From contig CAAGFP010000108.1 in NCBI GenBank assembly GCA_900769175.1, positions 1,107-65,106 on the forward strand: a DNA stretch of 64,000 bases. Direction: 5' to 3'. The stretch comes from Lachnospiraceae bacterium. Lineage in GTDB: Bacteria > Bacillota > Clostridia > Lachnospirales > Lachnospiraceae. Below, piece by piece: positions 55,339-64,000 of this stretch. The translations under genes were made by a program, and so were the position numbers. Below the pieces are notes generated by a model. That model had not been told where the DNA came from. It saw only the letters and a list, made by a program, of their open reading frames with translations, and did no database searches. The stretch's first letter is position 1, and each line of letters opens with the position of its first letter.

Positions 55339-55399
55339 TCCGAGCCCTCCTAAGGTAAATGATAACTGCACTCACCAAAATAGCATTTGCAGTCTCTCA

Positions 55400-55990
55400 T
55401 TATTTCAGGTTTTCACGCATATAATCCAGAATTTGGTTGATGCACTGCTCCAGATTTTCATTCTCGAAAGCTTTCGTGATATTCTGCTGCTCCAAAAGTT
55501 CCTTGCGATAGTCTTCCTCATCCGCCAGAAAACGCCGGCACATTTCCTGATATCTCGGTGTGAGCTGATTTCTCTCGCGGTTAAGGGCTCTTTGCAGGCG
55601 GATTCCGTCATCCACCACAATCAGAATCGGGACCACATTCTCCTCGCCGTAATATTCAGCCACTTTCTGATACGCCTCCAGCGTTCCGATCATGATATAA
55701 CTGTGTTTGTCAAGTTTGACACGTCCGTCATCTACCGTCATATATTTCCAGGTTCCATGGAAGGTGTCATAAGAACGAAGTTCAATAATTCTCCCTTCCG
55801 CCTGCATCCTTTCCACATCCTGCTCCGTAATAAAATGATATTCGCGTCCCTCTTCCTCATTCGCACGTATGGGTCTGGTCGTATAAGGAACGATTTTTCG
55901 CAGTTTCAGCTTATTATCGGATAAAATCTGTCTGTAGATTGTATCCTTCCCCGTTGAGCTTTTCCCCATAAAATAAAATATCTTTCCCAT
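55400..55990 (-). CDS. guanylate-kinase-like nucleoside monophosphate kinase (paralog)
   Basis: P-loop 'GKSSTGKDT' and the guanylate-kinase signature 'TTRPIRANEEEGREYHF'. It occupies the position where tmk sits in B. subtilis. Confidence 0.65.
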   Translation of the reverse strand: MGKIFYFMGKSSTGKDTIYRQILSDNKLKLRKIVPYTTRPIRANEEEGREYHFITEQDVERMQAEGRIIELRSYDTFHGTWKYMTVDDGRVKLDKHSYIMIGTLEAYQKVAEYYGEENVVPILIVVDDGIRLQRALNRERNQLTPRYQEMCRRFLADEEDYRKELLEQQNITKAFENENLEQCINQILDYMRENLK

Positions 55991-56020
55991 TGAATCCCCC
56001 TGAATATTGTGAATCAAATT

Positions 56021-57457
56021 CTAATTCTGTTTCATTACAAGAATTTTATCGCGGTCCTCACCTGACACGCCCGTCAGTTCATAACCATTATCCTTTAATT
56101 GTTTCAAACTCTCTATCAGCTTACGATCGAATACTTCTCCCGGAATCAAAAACGGAATTCCCGGCGGATAAAGATAAATAGAATCCATACTGATTCTGCC
56201 TTCCGCTTCCGCAAGCATCACTCCTTCCGCCTCGAAGTTTTCCGTCTCAAACGGATAGTACCTTCTCTCCGGCCGGTGCTTTAATAATTGTGACAAACCC
56301 GACTCCCGGTTTTCTCCCGATTCCGGCCTTTCTTTTGAAATATCTTCCGGATTTCGCAATAACGGATTATCTCCTGCTTCCTGTCTTTCTGTTAATATAT
56401 CGTCAAGATTCTTTAATGCCTGAATCAATCTGTCAAAACCTTCCTGCGTATCGGAAATGGTCATTATGGCAAGTGCATAATTTCCGGAGCACATTTCCGG
56501 CTGAAGGTGGTGCTTCTCCCTTAAAAAATGATAGATTTCTTTACCGCTCATTCCGTCGGCTTTTATCACAATTTTCCCCGGGTCTGTATCCTTTGTAAGT
56601 TGATTTCGCACATGAACACATTCCAATCCACTGCATTGATTATAAAATGAAGTCAGCTTACTGTAAAATTCCTCAAACAGGGCTTCCTTTTTTTCACCCA
56701 AAGTCCGGATGCATTCATCCATCGTTGCCATAAAAATATATGACGGACTTGTCGTTTGAAAAGTGCTCAGATACTTATTCACCCTTCTTTCGTCAATACG
56801 GTCGGTCGCTCTGTGAAGGAGTGCTGTCTGGGTCATAGAGGGCAACGTCTTATGAAGACTTTGAATGACCAGATCCGCCCCCTGCTTCACGGCACTTTCC
56901 GGAAATCGTTCATCGAATCCCAAATGTGCACCATGCGCCTCATCCACAACTAAAATTCCACCCTCATTGTGAATCAATGCCGCTATCTCTTTAATTTCCG
57001 ATACAAGTCCCTCGTAAGTAGGCGAAGTCAGAATCATTCCTTTTATCCGGTTAGGACGGTCCTTCAAATCTTTATTTCGCTCCATTACTTCTTTCACCTG
57101 CTCTGCCTTGATTCCGACAGATATGTCATACTCATCGTCGGTTTCAGGATACAGATAAATCGGGCGGAGTCCCCGGATTTCGATTGCATGATAGACCGCT
57201 TTGTGACAATTTCTTGCAACAATGACGGTATCTCCCGGCTTAAACGCAGAAAAAATTGCGACAAGAATCCCACAGGTACTACCATTGACCAGATAGTACG
57301 ACTCTTTTGATTGATAGAGCTGCGCCGCGCGCTCTTTTGCCTCTTTCAAAATCCCGGTTGCATGATAAAGATTATCAAACGCATCAATTTCCGTAATGTC
57401 GATACCAAATATGGGATTTCCGGTTCTTTTATGCCCGGGCATATGACAGGGATACAT
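56021..57457 (-). CDS. Orn/Lys/Arg decarboxylase family protein (YaaO-like, PLP-dependent)
   Basis: 'HMPGHK' N-terminal motif and the PLP-lysine region 'IQSLHKTLPSMTQ'. Start at MYPCHMPGHK with an AAGGGA RBS. The longer ORF would overlap degV. Confidence 0.75.
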   Translation of the reverse strand: MYPCHMPGHKRTGNPIFGIDITEIDAFDNLYHATGILKEAKERAAQLYQSKESYYLVNGSTCGILVAIFSAFKPGDTVIVARNCHKAVYHAIEIRGLRPIYLYPETDDEYDISVGIKAEQVKEVMERNKDLKDRPNRIKGMILTSPTYEGLVSEIKEIAALIHNEGGILVVDEAHGAHLGFDERFPESAVKQGADLVIQSLHKTLPSMTQTALLHRATDRIDERRVNKYLSTFQTTSPSYIFMATMDECIRTLGEKKEALFEEFYSKLTSFYNQCSGLECVHVRNQLTKDTDPGKIVIKADGMSGKEIYHFLREKHHLQPEMCSGNYALAIMTISDTQEGFDRLIQALKNLDDILTERQEAGDNPLLRNPEDISKERPESGENRESGLSQLLKHRPERRYYPFETENFEAEGVMLAEAEGRISMDSIYLYPPGIPFLIPGEVFDRKLIESLKQLKDNGYELTGVSGEDRDKILVMKQN

Positions 57458-57522
57458 ATCCGAATCCCTTAATTTCTCCAAATTCGTAAGCAGGCTTTCC
57501 AAATTCCGACCTCCCGTAAGCC

Positions 57523-58377
57523 CTATTCTTTTGCATAAAACAATACGCCGAGTGTCCCTCTTCCGCAATGGCTCGAAATAACTCCTCCTGCTATCGTTTC
57601 ATGTATCTCGTCGAAATAATTCAGAGACTTCAGATAGTCTTTTATGTCCTCAACAATTTCCTGGTCCATATCGGTATGTGTGACAAATACACGTTTTTTA
57701 TCCGCACAAAGAAGACTCTCTTCCATCTCCTCCACATATTTTTTGATGACCTTATTATATTTACCGCGATATTTCTGGCCAACACCCATTTTACCGTGTT
57801 TTACTTCGATTCTTGGTTTTAACTGTAAGGTATTTGCCAGTAAGGCAGTAGCCTGGGTACAACGTCCTCCTCTTGCTAAATAGGTCAGTTTGTCCACTAC
57901 AAAGCTTGCACGGACAAGTTCCCGCGCCTCACGAATCGCTTCCACGATTTCCTCTGCGCTCTTTCCTTCTGCTGCCATATCTGCCGCGCGAAGGACCTGG
58001 AGTCCGATTCCGGTTGATAAGTTCATGGAATTAATTACAAATACTCTTTCATATTCCAATTCACTCGCCGCCAGCCTTAACACATTGCAGGTGGTACTCA
58101 TATCCTCGGAAATTCCGATGAAAATAACATCTTCCCCGGCTTCCTTGAAGGGTTTTAGAAATTCGATTGCACTCTCAATGGAAGCAGCTGCGGTCTTCGG
58201 TGTCGTTTTATTTGCATCTGCCCATGCAAAAATTTCCTCGGGAGTAACATCTAACATATCAAAATAACTCTTATCATCCATGATGATACAAAGCGGAATT
58301 ACCTGAATATCGTAACGCTCCCGAAGTTCGGGTGAAAGATCGCATGTACTGTCCGCAACAATTCTGACTTTTGCCAT
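57523..58377 (-). CDS. DegV-family fatty-acid-binding protein
   Basis: 'KVRIVADSTCDLSPEL' is the canonical DegV N-terminus. 284 aa. Confidence 0.85.
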   Translation of the reverse strand: MAKVRIVADSTCDLSPELRERYDIQVIPLCIIMDDKSYFDMLDVTPEEIFAWADANKTTPKTAAASIESAIEFLKPFKEAGEDVIFIGISEDMSTTCNVLRLAASELEYERVFVINSMNLSTGIGLQVLRAADMAAEGKSAEEIVEAIREARELVRASFVVDKLTYLARGGRCTQATALLANTLQLKPRIEVKHGKMGVGQKYRGKYNKVIKKYVEEMEESLLCADKKRVFVTHTDMDQEIVEDIKDYLKSLNYFDEIHETIAGGVISSHCGRGTLGVLFYAKE

Positions 58378-58578
58378 AAAAATTCCTTCTTTCCAAAATA
58401 TCTACTAATTTTATCATTGTAATTCTATCCATTACGAATTATATCATCTGTTAAAAAATACAAAAAGGGCAGAACCCGTGCATTGTACACAATCGGATTC
58501 ACCCGTCATTCTTCATCTCCGATTATAATCGTTTCTGCACGACTCCTACCCTATATCATACTCTATTTTTTCATATTT

Positions 58579-59010
58579 TTAAAGGAATTGTAACAAATCC
58601 TGGGACATTTTCTGTTCCATTTCTATCAATTCGGTAGCAAGATTGATACATTTTTCGTCAGCATTCGCATATTTATGCATTTTTTCAGTCAAAGATTTGA
58701 CTCCCATGTTGCAGCCATCCACTAAAATCTCCGAAATTTTCGCAGAATCTTTCTCCATCAGCATTTTCATATCCATGGAAATCTTGGCGAACGCACTTGC
58801 CATTTTCGGTGGCTCCTGCGTCTCTTCCCGCTCTGCGTTCAACAGACGGTGACACTTATCGCCGAAATCCTTATGTCTTTCAAGATACTTTTCAATCACC
58901 GCCAAAAGCCTTGGATTTTCGGCATAACTGCGTGCCTGCATCATACTGTCAACGCCCATCCTGCAGCCGGCGTCACATTCTTTCAATAATAAAATAGAAT
59001 CCGTATTCAT
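58579..59010 (-). CDS. hypothetical small protein with internally duplicated Cys-containing motif
   Basis: GGAGGTTGAG RBS. Two half-repeats, each with 'C-x2-G-C-x-MGV ... KC' ('CDAGCRMGVDS...DKCHRL' and 'VDGCNMGVKS...EKCINL'). Confidence 0.35.
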   Translation of the reverse strand: MNTDSILLLKECDAGCRMGVDSMMQARSYAENPRLLAVIEKYLERHKDFGDKCHRLLNAEREETQEPPKMASAFAKISMDMKMLMEKDSAKISEILVDGCNMGVKSLTEKMHKYANADEKCINLATELIEMEQKMSQDLLQFL

Positions 59011-59102
59011 CTCAACCTCCAATCTGATCACTTCAATCCCCTTCGTTTTTGAAGTAGTTCTGACTGAAAGTATACCCATTTTCATGGAATAAAATTCATA
59101 AA

Positions 59103-59774
59103 TTATGATTTCGTTAATAATTTTATCAACCCGTTATAACTAAAATCCCTGGCAAGCTGTCTGTCCATTTTTCCGTTATAGAAATTGTTTAAAATGCAGT
59201 ATATATACCCTGTAATCTGACTTGCAAATGCGCTTCTTCGAATGATTACATCCTCTTCATTAAACTTCCCGTCATCAAATCCCTGCTGCATAAACACATC
59301 AATCATGCCTTCTATATAATGAACGGGGCAGGCACTTGCTTTTTGAATATCTTCCAGTTGTCTTTTCATACTCTCCTGCGCTTCCGGTGCACCGGCGAAA
59401 ATCTTAAAAATATTCCCTGCACTTCTTACCTGGGAAATATTATCCTCAAGATAATTCATCAAAATATAATATTTATCAGAAAAATCATTCTTTTCTTCCA
59501 AAAGAGAATCTATCTTTTTCAAATGGGAAAAAGTATCATATAAAAGCGCCTTAACTATGATTTCTTCCTTACTGCCGAAATACTCGTAAGCCGTTCCTTT
59601 CCCGATTCCCGCCCGCTTTGTAATATCACTGACCTTGATGCTGTTCATATCAAAGCCTTCCTGAACCATTTTCACAACGGCCCCGTACATCAAACGCTCT
59701 TTGTCCTGAACATCATCAAAATAACATGAAATATCTTTGTCAATCTTTTCATTCATAACAATTCTCTCATCCAT
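59103..59774 (-). CDS. TetR/AcrR-family transcriptional regulator
   Basis: TetR_N HTH 'IKVSDITKRAGIGKGTAYEYFGSKEEII'. The ATG lies 1 nt after the efflux pump stop, suggesting translational coupling. Confidence 0.8.
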   Translation of the reverse strand: MDERIVMNEKIDKDISCYFDDVQDKERLMYGAVVKMVQEGFDMNSIKVSDITKRAGIGKGTAYEYFGSKEEIIVKALLYDTFSHLKKIDSLLEEKNDFSDKYYILMNYLEDNISQVRSAGNIFKIFAGAPEAQESMKRQLEDIQKASACPVHYIEGMIDVFMQQGFDDGKFNEEDVIIRRSAFASQITGYIYCILNNFYNGKMDRQLARDFSYNGLIKLLTKS

Positions 59775-59775
59775 T

Positions 59776-62700
59776 TTATAATTCTTCTTCCACCATGCTC
59801 TTGTTTCGATTGAATAAATCATAAATACAAGGCACAACTAAAAGAGTAAGCAATGTTCCATAAATGAGACCGCCTATCATGGCAATTGCCATCGGCTGCA
59901 TCATTGCCGAACCATCGCCAATTCCAAATCCAAGCGGGAGCATGGAAATAATGGTAGTAAGCGCCGTCATCATAATCGGACGAAGTCTGGTTGCTCCTGC
60001 CTTTGCAATGGCTTCCTTTTTATCCATTCCTTCTCTTCGAAGCTGGTTGATATAATCAACCATAACAATACCGTTATTGACTATGATTCCAGCAAGCATA
60101 ATAAATCCAATCATCGATATGACGCTCACGTCATTTCCTGTAAAGAACAGAGCAAGAAAACCTCCCGTGAACGCAAGCGGAATCGTAAACATGATAATAA
60201 AAGGTGACAGCAACGACTGGAACTGCGCAACCATAACCATATAAATGAAAATAATAGCCAAAACAAGCATCAGACCTAACTGCTTGACTGCTTCCATAAT
60301 CGTTTCATCCTCACCGGTCATGGAATAAGAATACCCTTCCGGAAACTCAACCTGTTTTAATGCCTTCTTTACCTCGCTACTTACCTTTGTAACATTATAT
60401 CCTTCCGATACTCCTGAAGTAACACTTACATATCGGGTCTGTGCACTTCGGTTAATCGTAGATAATGTTTCTTTGATTTCCAATGTAGCAATATCAGTAA
60501 TCGGAACTTCAATTTCTTCATCGTCCTCATTCGTATAGGGGAACGTGATCGTTTTAATATCATCAAGTGTTACGTCTTTTTGTTCCTCATTTTGAATATA
60601 AACCATGTAATCTTTGATATCAGTCGAAATATCGGTTGAATTGGAGGTCTCTGCCATCTTTGCATACACAAGCTGGAAAACCTGCGCAACAGTCATTTTA
60701 TACTCCATCGCTTTTTCTTTATCCACGTGGATTACAAGTGTGGTCGTTGTGTTGTCGAGACCGTCATTTATATCCTCACAGCCCGGAACACTTTCCATAA
60801 CTTTCGCCACTTCTTTTGCCAGCTCCTCAATTTTATCCAAATCACGTCCCTTTACCTGAACGGTGATACCGGAGCCCAAAAGCGCAGAATAGTCAGCGGA
60901 TTCCGTAGTTGCAGTGACAAGGCAGCCCAAATCCTTTGTTTTCTCTTCAATTTCTTTTACGATTTCACTTGATTTACGTTTTGTATTCTCATCCAATAAA
61001 ATATAATAGGAGGCACTGTCCGAACCTGACATCATACTCATCGTTCCGCCGCCGCCAATCATTGCTCCGACCGTTTCAATTCCGTCGATCTCCACTAAAA
61101 TATCCGTAACTTCGTCACAGTACGCCTTCAATTCTTCCTGCGTTAAATATTCATCCTCTCTTGCAGATAAGGACAGGGATATCTGATCCATTTCCATATC
61201 CATATCCATGAATGAAAATCCTTTCGAAATGGCCGCATATGCACTTCCGAACAATAAAATAACCACGAGCAGCAGAACCGGTATCTTGAATTTTAATACA
61301 AAAGGAATCATTCGTTCATATACCTTCTGAATCTTTTCAAAAATTCCTTCTTTTGTTTCTTTTCCGTCTTTAATGATAACGGAAGACATCATGGGAACAA
61401 AGGTTAACGCAACAATCAGGCTGGCACCGAGCGTGTAAGCAATCGTCAAAGCCATATCAACGAACAGCTGTCTCGTTATTCCTTCCGCAAAAATAATCGG
61501 AGCGAATACACAGACCGTCGTAAGGGTAGATGCAACAATCGCACCGGCAACCTGGGTGGTGCCGACAACCGAAGCCTTTTTGGAAGACAATCCTTCCTTC
61601 CGCAAACGATATATATTCTCAATTACTACAATCGAGTTATCTACCAGCATACCGATTCCAAGCGCCAGACCGGATAATGAAATAATATTCAAAGTGATTC
61701 CCGTAAAATACATAAGTACAATCGAGAAAATTACACTAAGCGGTATGGAGCATGCGATAATAAATGTTGATTTGAAATCCTTCAAAAACAGAATCAGGAT
61801 CACAATTGCCAGTGCCGCACCAATTAAGATATTCTGAACAACCGACTGAACAATTATATCGATATATACACCCTGGTTCATAAGTACTGCAATGTTCAAA
61901 GAAGAGTCTTCTTTTTCAAGGGTTTTGAATCGTTTTAACAAATTATCGGTTACATTACCGGTAGAATATCCGGTCTGTTTTTCAATGGAAAGCATAATGG
62001 CCGGATTTCCGTTGATTTTTGCATAAGAATCTTCCGAATCATCCACAATTTCCAAATCAGCCACATCACATAAATAAATCGGCTCAATTCCATCCATTCC
62101 CAGATCCAGTAAGATAAGATTATTCAAATCTTCAATGGTACGAACCTCATCTCCTACCTGAATCAGATATTGCTTTTCACCCTCCTGCACATAACCTGCA
62201 GGCATGGAGAAATTCTGTGCAACCAACAGATTTCCAAGCATATCAAGCGTTAAAATATTATTCAAATCCGCAGATTCCGTAGCACTTTCCTTCGCTTCAT
62301 CCAATTGTTTCTGTCCGTTCTCTAACTGAATTTTTGCATCTGCCAGTGCAGCACTTGCTTTACTCAACTCAAGAATCGCATTTATCTGTCCTTCATTTAA
62401 TTCAAGATATCCTTCATTTAATTGTTCTTTTCCGTCATTGAGCTGATTCTGACCACTTTCAATGGCAGCAATTCCCGCTTTTACTTTCGCAAGTGATTTA
62501 TTTAACACAACCAATGCATCCGGAATATCTTCCCAGGTATTTAAAGTAACTCCTAAATCCTTAAAGGAAGCCCCCTGTGAAGCAAGTCCTTCATTGATCT
62601 GTGCAAGAGATGCCTGTAAATTTGCTTTCGCATCAACCAAGGCATCATGGGCACTCATACTCGGATCACTGACCGGAAGCCCCATTTCAATCAAAGATTG

Positions 62701-63699
62701 CGTAGTGATTCCAAAATTTGCAAGCATTTCGGGAGGCATTGCAATCAGGGTATCCAGATAAATGTCGGTCATTTCCATTGTAGGCGGCATCGGAACCGTC
62801 ATTAACGGCTCAGTCAGTACTTTATTTATCCCAGAAGCAGCATCGTAAGCCTGCTTTAACCCTTTGATTCCTTTTTCAAGACCGGATTTGGATTCCTTCA
62901 GTTTTGCAAGGTTGTCTTTCAATTCCGTACCTGCCACGGAAGAATCAATTTTACCGTTTACGAGCTGATTGGAGGCTTCTGCCATCTCCTCAGCAAGTTC
63001 TTTTGATTGTTTATCCAGTTCTTTTTCGCCCTTTTCAATTTCTTCTTTTCCCTCATCAAGTTCTTCCTGGGCTTCATCAAACTGTTCATTTATTTTTGAT
63101 AAAATCTGCTCATTGAGACCATCGATTTTATCCTGATTTAATGTAATACGAACAGACTCGGTAACCGAGCCGATGGTAGTAACTTTCGCAACCCCTTCTA
63201 CACTTTCAAGATTCGGAACTAAAGTATTCGATACATAATCTGTAATTTCAACCTGATTCATTCCTTCAATATCAGCGGAAGCAACCATAATCGGCAACAT
63301 GGTAGGATCGATTTTCATAATCATGGGATTACCGACCATAGACGGCCAGGAACCTTTGATTAATTCAAGTTTCTGCTGCATTTCAATTACAACAGAATCC
63401 ATATTTGCATTCTGCTCATACTCAAGAATAACCATGGAATAACTGTTAGAAGACATGGACGAAATACTTTTGATATTCGAAGTAGTCGCCATTTGTCCTT
63501 CAATCGGAGCCGTAACCACCTTTTCCACTGTTTCCGGGCTTGCACCGATATATGTAGTAATAATAAGTGCATAGGGTAAGTTCATATTCGGAAGCAAATC
63601 GGTAGTCATCTTCATTAAAGAAACAACGCCTAAAACCAATACCAACACAACACCAACTAAAACAGTATACGGTTTTTTAACGCTAAATTTAGAAATCAT
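59776..63699 (-). CDS. RND-superfamily (AcrB/AcrD/AcrF-like) efflux permease with a large coiled-coil insertion
   Basis: 1307 aa. The N-terminal TM helix 'VLVGVVLVLVLGVVSL' and the repeated 12-TM RND topology are present. The C-terminal half carries 'IMLAGIIVNNGIVMVDYINQLR'. A ~250-aa E/K/Q-rich coiled-coil segment lies in the first periplasmic loop. Confidence 0.8.
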   Translation of the reverse strand: MISKFSVKKPYTVLVGVVLVLVLGVVSLMKMTTDLLPNMNLPYALIITTYIGASPETVEKVVTAPIEGQMATTSNIKSISSMSSNSYSMVILEYEQNANMDSVVIEMQQKLELIKGSWPSMVGNPMIMKIDPTMLPIMVASADIEGMNQVEITDYVSNTLVPNLESVEGVAKVTTIGSVTESVRITLNQDKIDGLNEQILSKINEQFDEAQEELDEGKEEIEKGEKELDKQSKELAEEMAEASNQLVNGKIDSSVAGTELKDNLAKLKESKSGLEKGIKGLKQAYDAASGINKVLTEPLMTVPMPPTMEMTDIYLDTLIAMPPEMLANFGITTQSLIEMGLPVSDPSMSAHDALVDAKANLQASLAQINEGLASQGASFKDLGVTLNTWEDIPDALVVLNKSLAKVKAGIAAIESGQNQLNDGKEQLNEGYLELNEGQINAILELSKASAALADAKIQLENGQKQLDEAKESATESADLNNILTLDMLGNLLVAQNFSMPAGYVQEGEKQYLIQVGDEVRTIEDLNNLILLDLGMDGIEPIYLCDVADLEIVDDSEDSYAKINGNPAIMLSIEKQTGYSTGNVTDNLLKRFKTLEKEDSSLNIAVLMNQGVYIDIIVQSVVQNILIGAALAIVILILFLKDFKSTFIIACSIPLSVIFSIVLMYFTGITLNIISLSGLALGIGMLVDNSIVVIENIYRLRKEGLSSKKASVVGTTQVAGAIVASTLTTVCVFAPIIFAEGITRQLFVDMALTIAYTLGASLIVALTFVPMMSSVIIKDGKETKEGIFEKIQKVYERMIPFVLKFKIPVLLLVVILLFGSAYAAISKGFSFMDMDMEMDQISLSLSAREDEYLTQEELKAYCDEVTDILVEIDGIETVGAMIGGGGTMSMMSGSDSASYYILLDENTKRKSSEIVKEIEEKTKDLGCLVTATTESADYSALLGSGITVQVKGRDLDKIEELAKEVAKVMESVPGCEDINDGLDNTTTTLVIHVDKEKAMEYKMTVAQVFQLVYAKMAETSNSTDISTDIKDYMVYIQNEEQKDVTLDDIKTITFPYTNEDDEEIEVPITDIATLEIKETLSTINRSAQTRYVSVTSGVSEGYNVTKVSSEVKKALKQVEFPEGYSYSMTGEDETIMEAVKQLGLMLVLAIIFIYMVMVAQFQSLLSPFIIMFTIPLAFTGGFLALFFTGNDVSVISMIGFIMLAGIIVNNGIVMVDYINQLRREGMDKKEAIAKAGATRLRPIMMTALTTIISMLPLGFGIGDGSAMMQPMAIAMIGGLIYGTLLTLLVVPCIYDLFNRNKSMVEEEL

Positions 63700-64000
63700 A
63701 AATTAATTATCCTTCCTGATTGTGTAAACAATATCTCTTTGTATTATTAACCGATAAATGTGTTATTTTTGTGAAACTGTTTATATTCTTCCATTTAAAA
63801 CCCTATCATTTTGAAATAAATAAAATGTTAGATGTAAAAGCTTCTGATTCATATTCTCCATTACATATAAGTACATTTCATTCAAAACGGATTCGAATAT
63901 AAACTTAATTTCCATATAAATATCTTTTATAATAGAAATGATAATAAACAGTCGGCAGAACTGACCGACCGGTCAGTCTGAAAATAATTAAAAAATAAAG

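Noticed and set aside
55400-55990. Thymidylate kinase (tmk), as expected from synteny with the B. subtilis yaaO-tmk-...-holB block
   Set aside because: The sequence carries the guanylate kinase signature (TTRPxRxxExxGxxYHF) and a GKS/T P-loop. It lacks Tmk motifs (GxEGxGKTT, DRY), so it is called guanylate-kinase-like instead.

Overview
This 64 kb window is low-GC Firmicutes chromosome, probably a spore-forming Clostridia / Lachnospiraceae-like organism (spoIIID, yaaT/ricT, a SipL-like LysM protein, korDABC and ddl-murF are all present). Genes are densely packed, mostly on the minus strand.

- **1 to about 8000:** the right-hand part of an integrative mobilizable element (IME) abutting the intact guaA terminator. 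It carries a tyrosine integrase, an Xis-like HTH, an XRE regulator, MobC, a MOBP-type relaxase with a candidate oriT, a C5-cytosine methyltransferase preceded by a controller-like HTH, and the first codons of a further gene running off the window.
- **Core genes:** guaA, spoIIID, and a translationally coupled operon of P-loop ATPase plus korDABC-type 2-oxoacid:ferredoxin oxidoreductase, followed by a cupin/XRE regulator and an acyl-CoA synthetase. Also a CwlO-like NlpC/P60 hydrolase, ispE, pyrC-pyrK-pyrD, and ddl followed by an unusual 1006-aa MurF fused to a TM segment and an extracytoplasmic domain.
- **Polysaccharide locus (30.5 to 42.2 kb):** a reduced locus with CpsB/C/D, the priming sugar transferase, a 641-aa polytopic membrane protein, a 1368-aa Big_2 surface protein and a type IV pilin-like protein.
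- **Remainder:** an FNT channel; a PhoR/PhoP-like two-component system with a Na/Pi cotransporter and candidate Pho boxes; an OmpA-domain lipoprotein; an AraC regulator flanked by ~75-bp direct repeats; acpP; the rsmI-trmN6-yaaT-holB-yaaR neighbourhood with a guanylate-kinase-like gene in the place tmk normally occupies; DegV; and a TetR-regulated giant RND-type efflux permease.

The most notable non-genic signals are a dispersed GC-rich intergenic repeat family (at least five copies, modular, associated with hairpins), a 3 x ~45-bp tandem duplication of the guaA promoter -35 region, and a 9-bp in-frame tandem repeat that encodes the BY-kinase tyrosine cluster. I did not detect any rRNA, tRNA or CRISPR feature.
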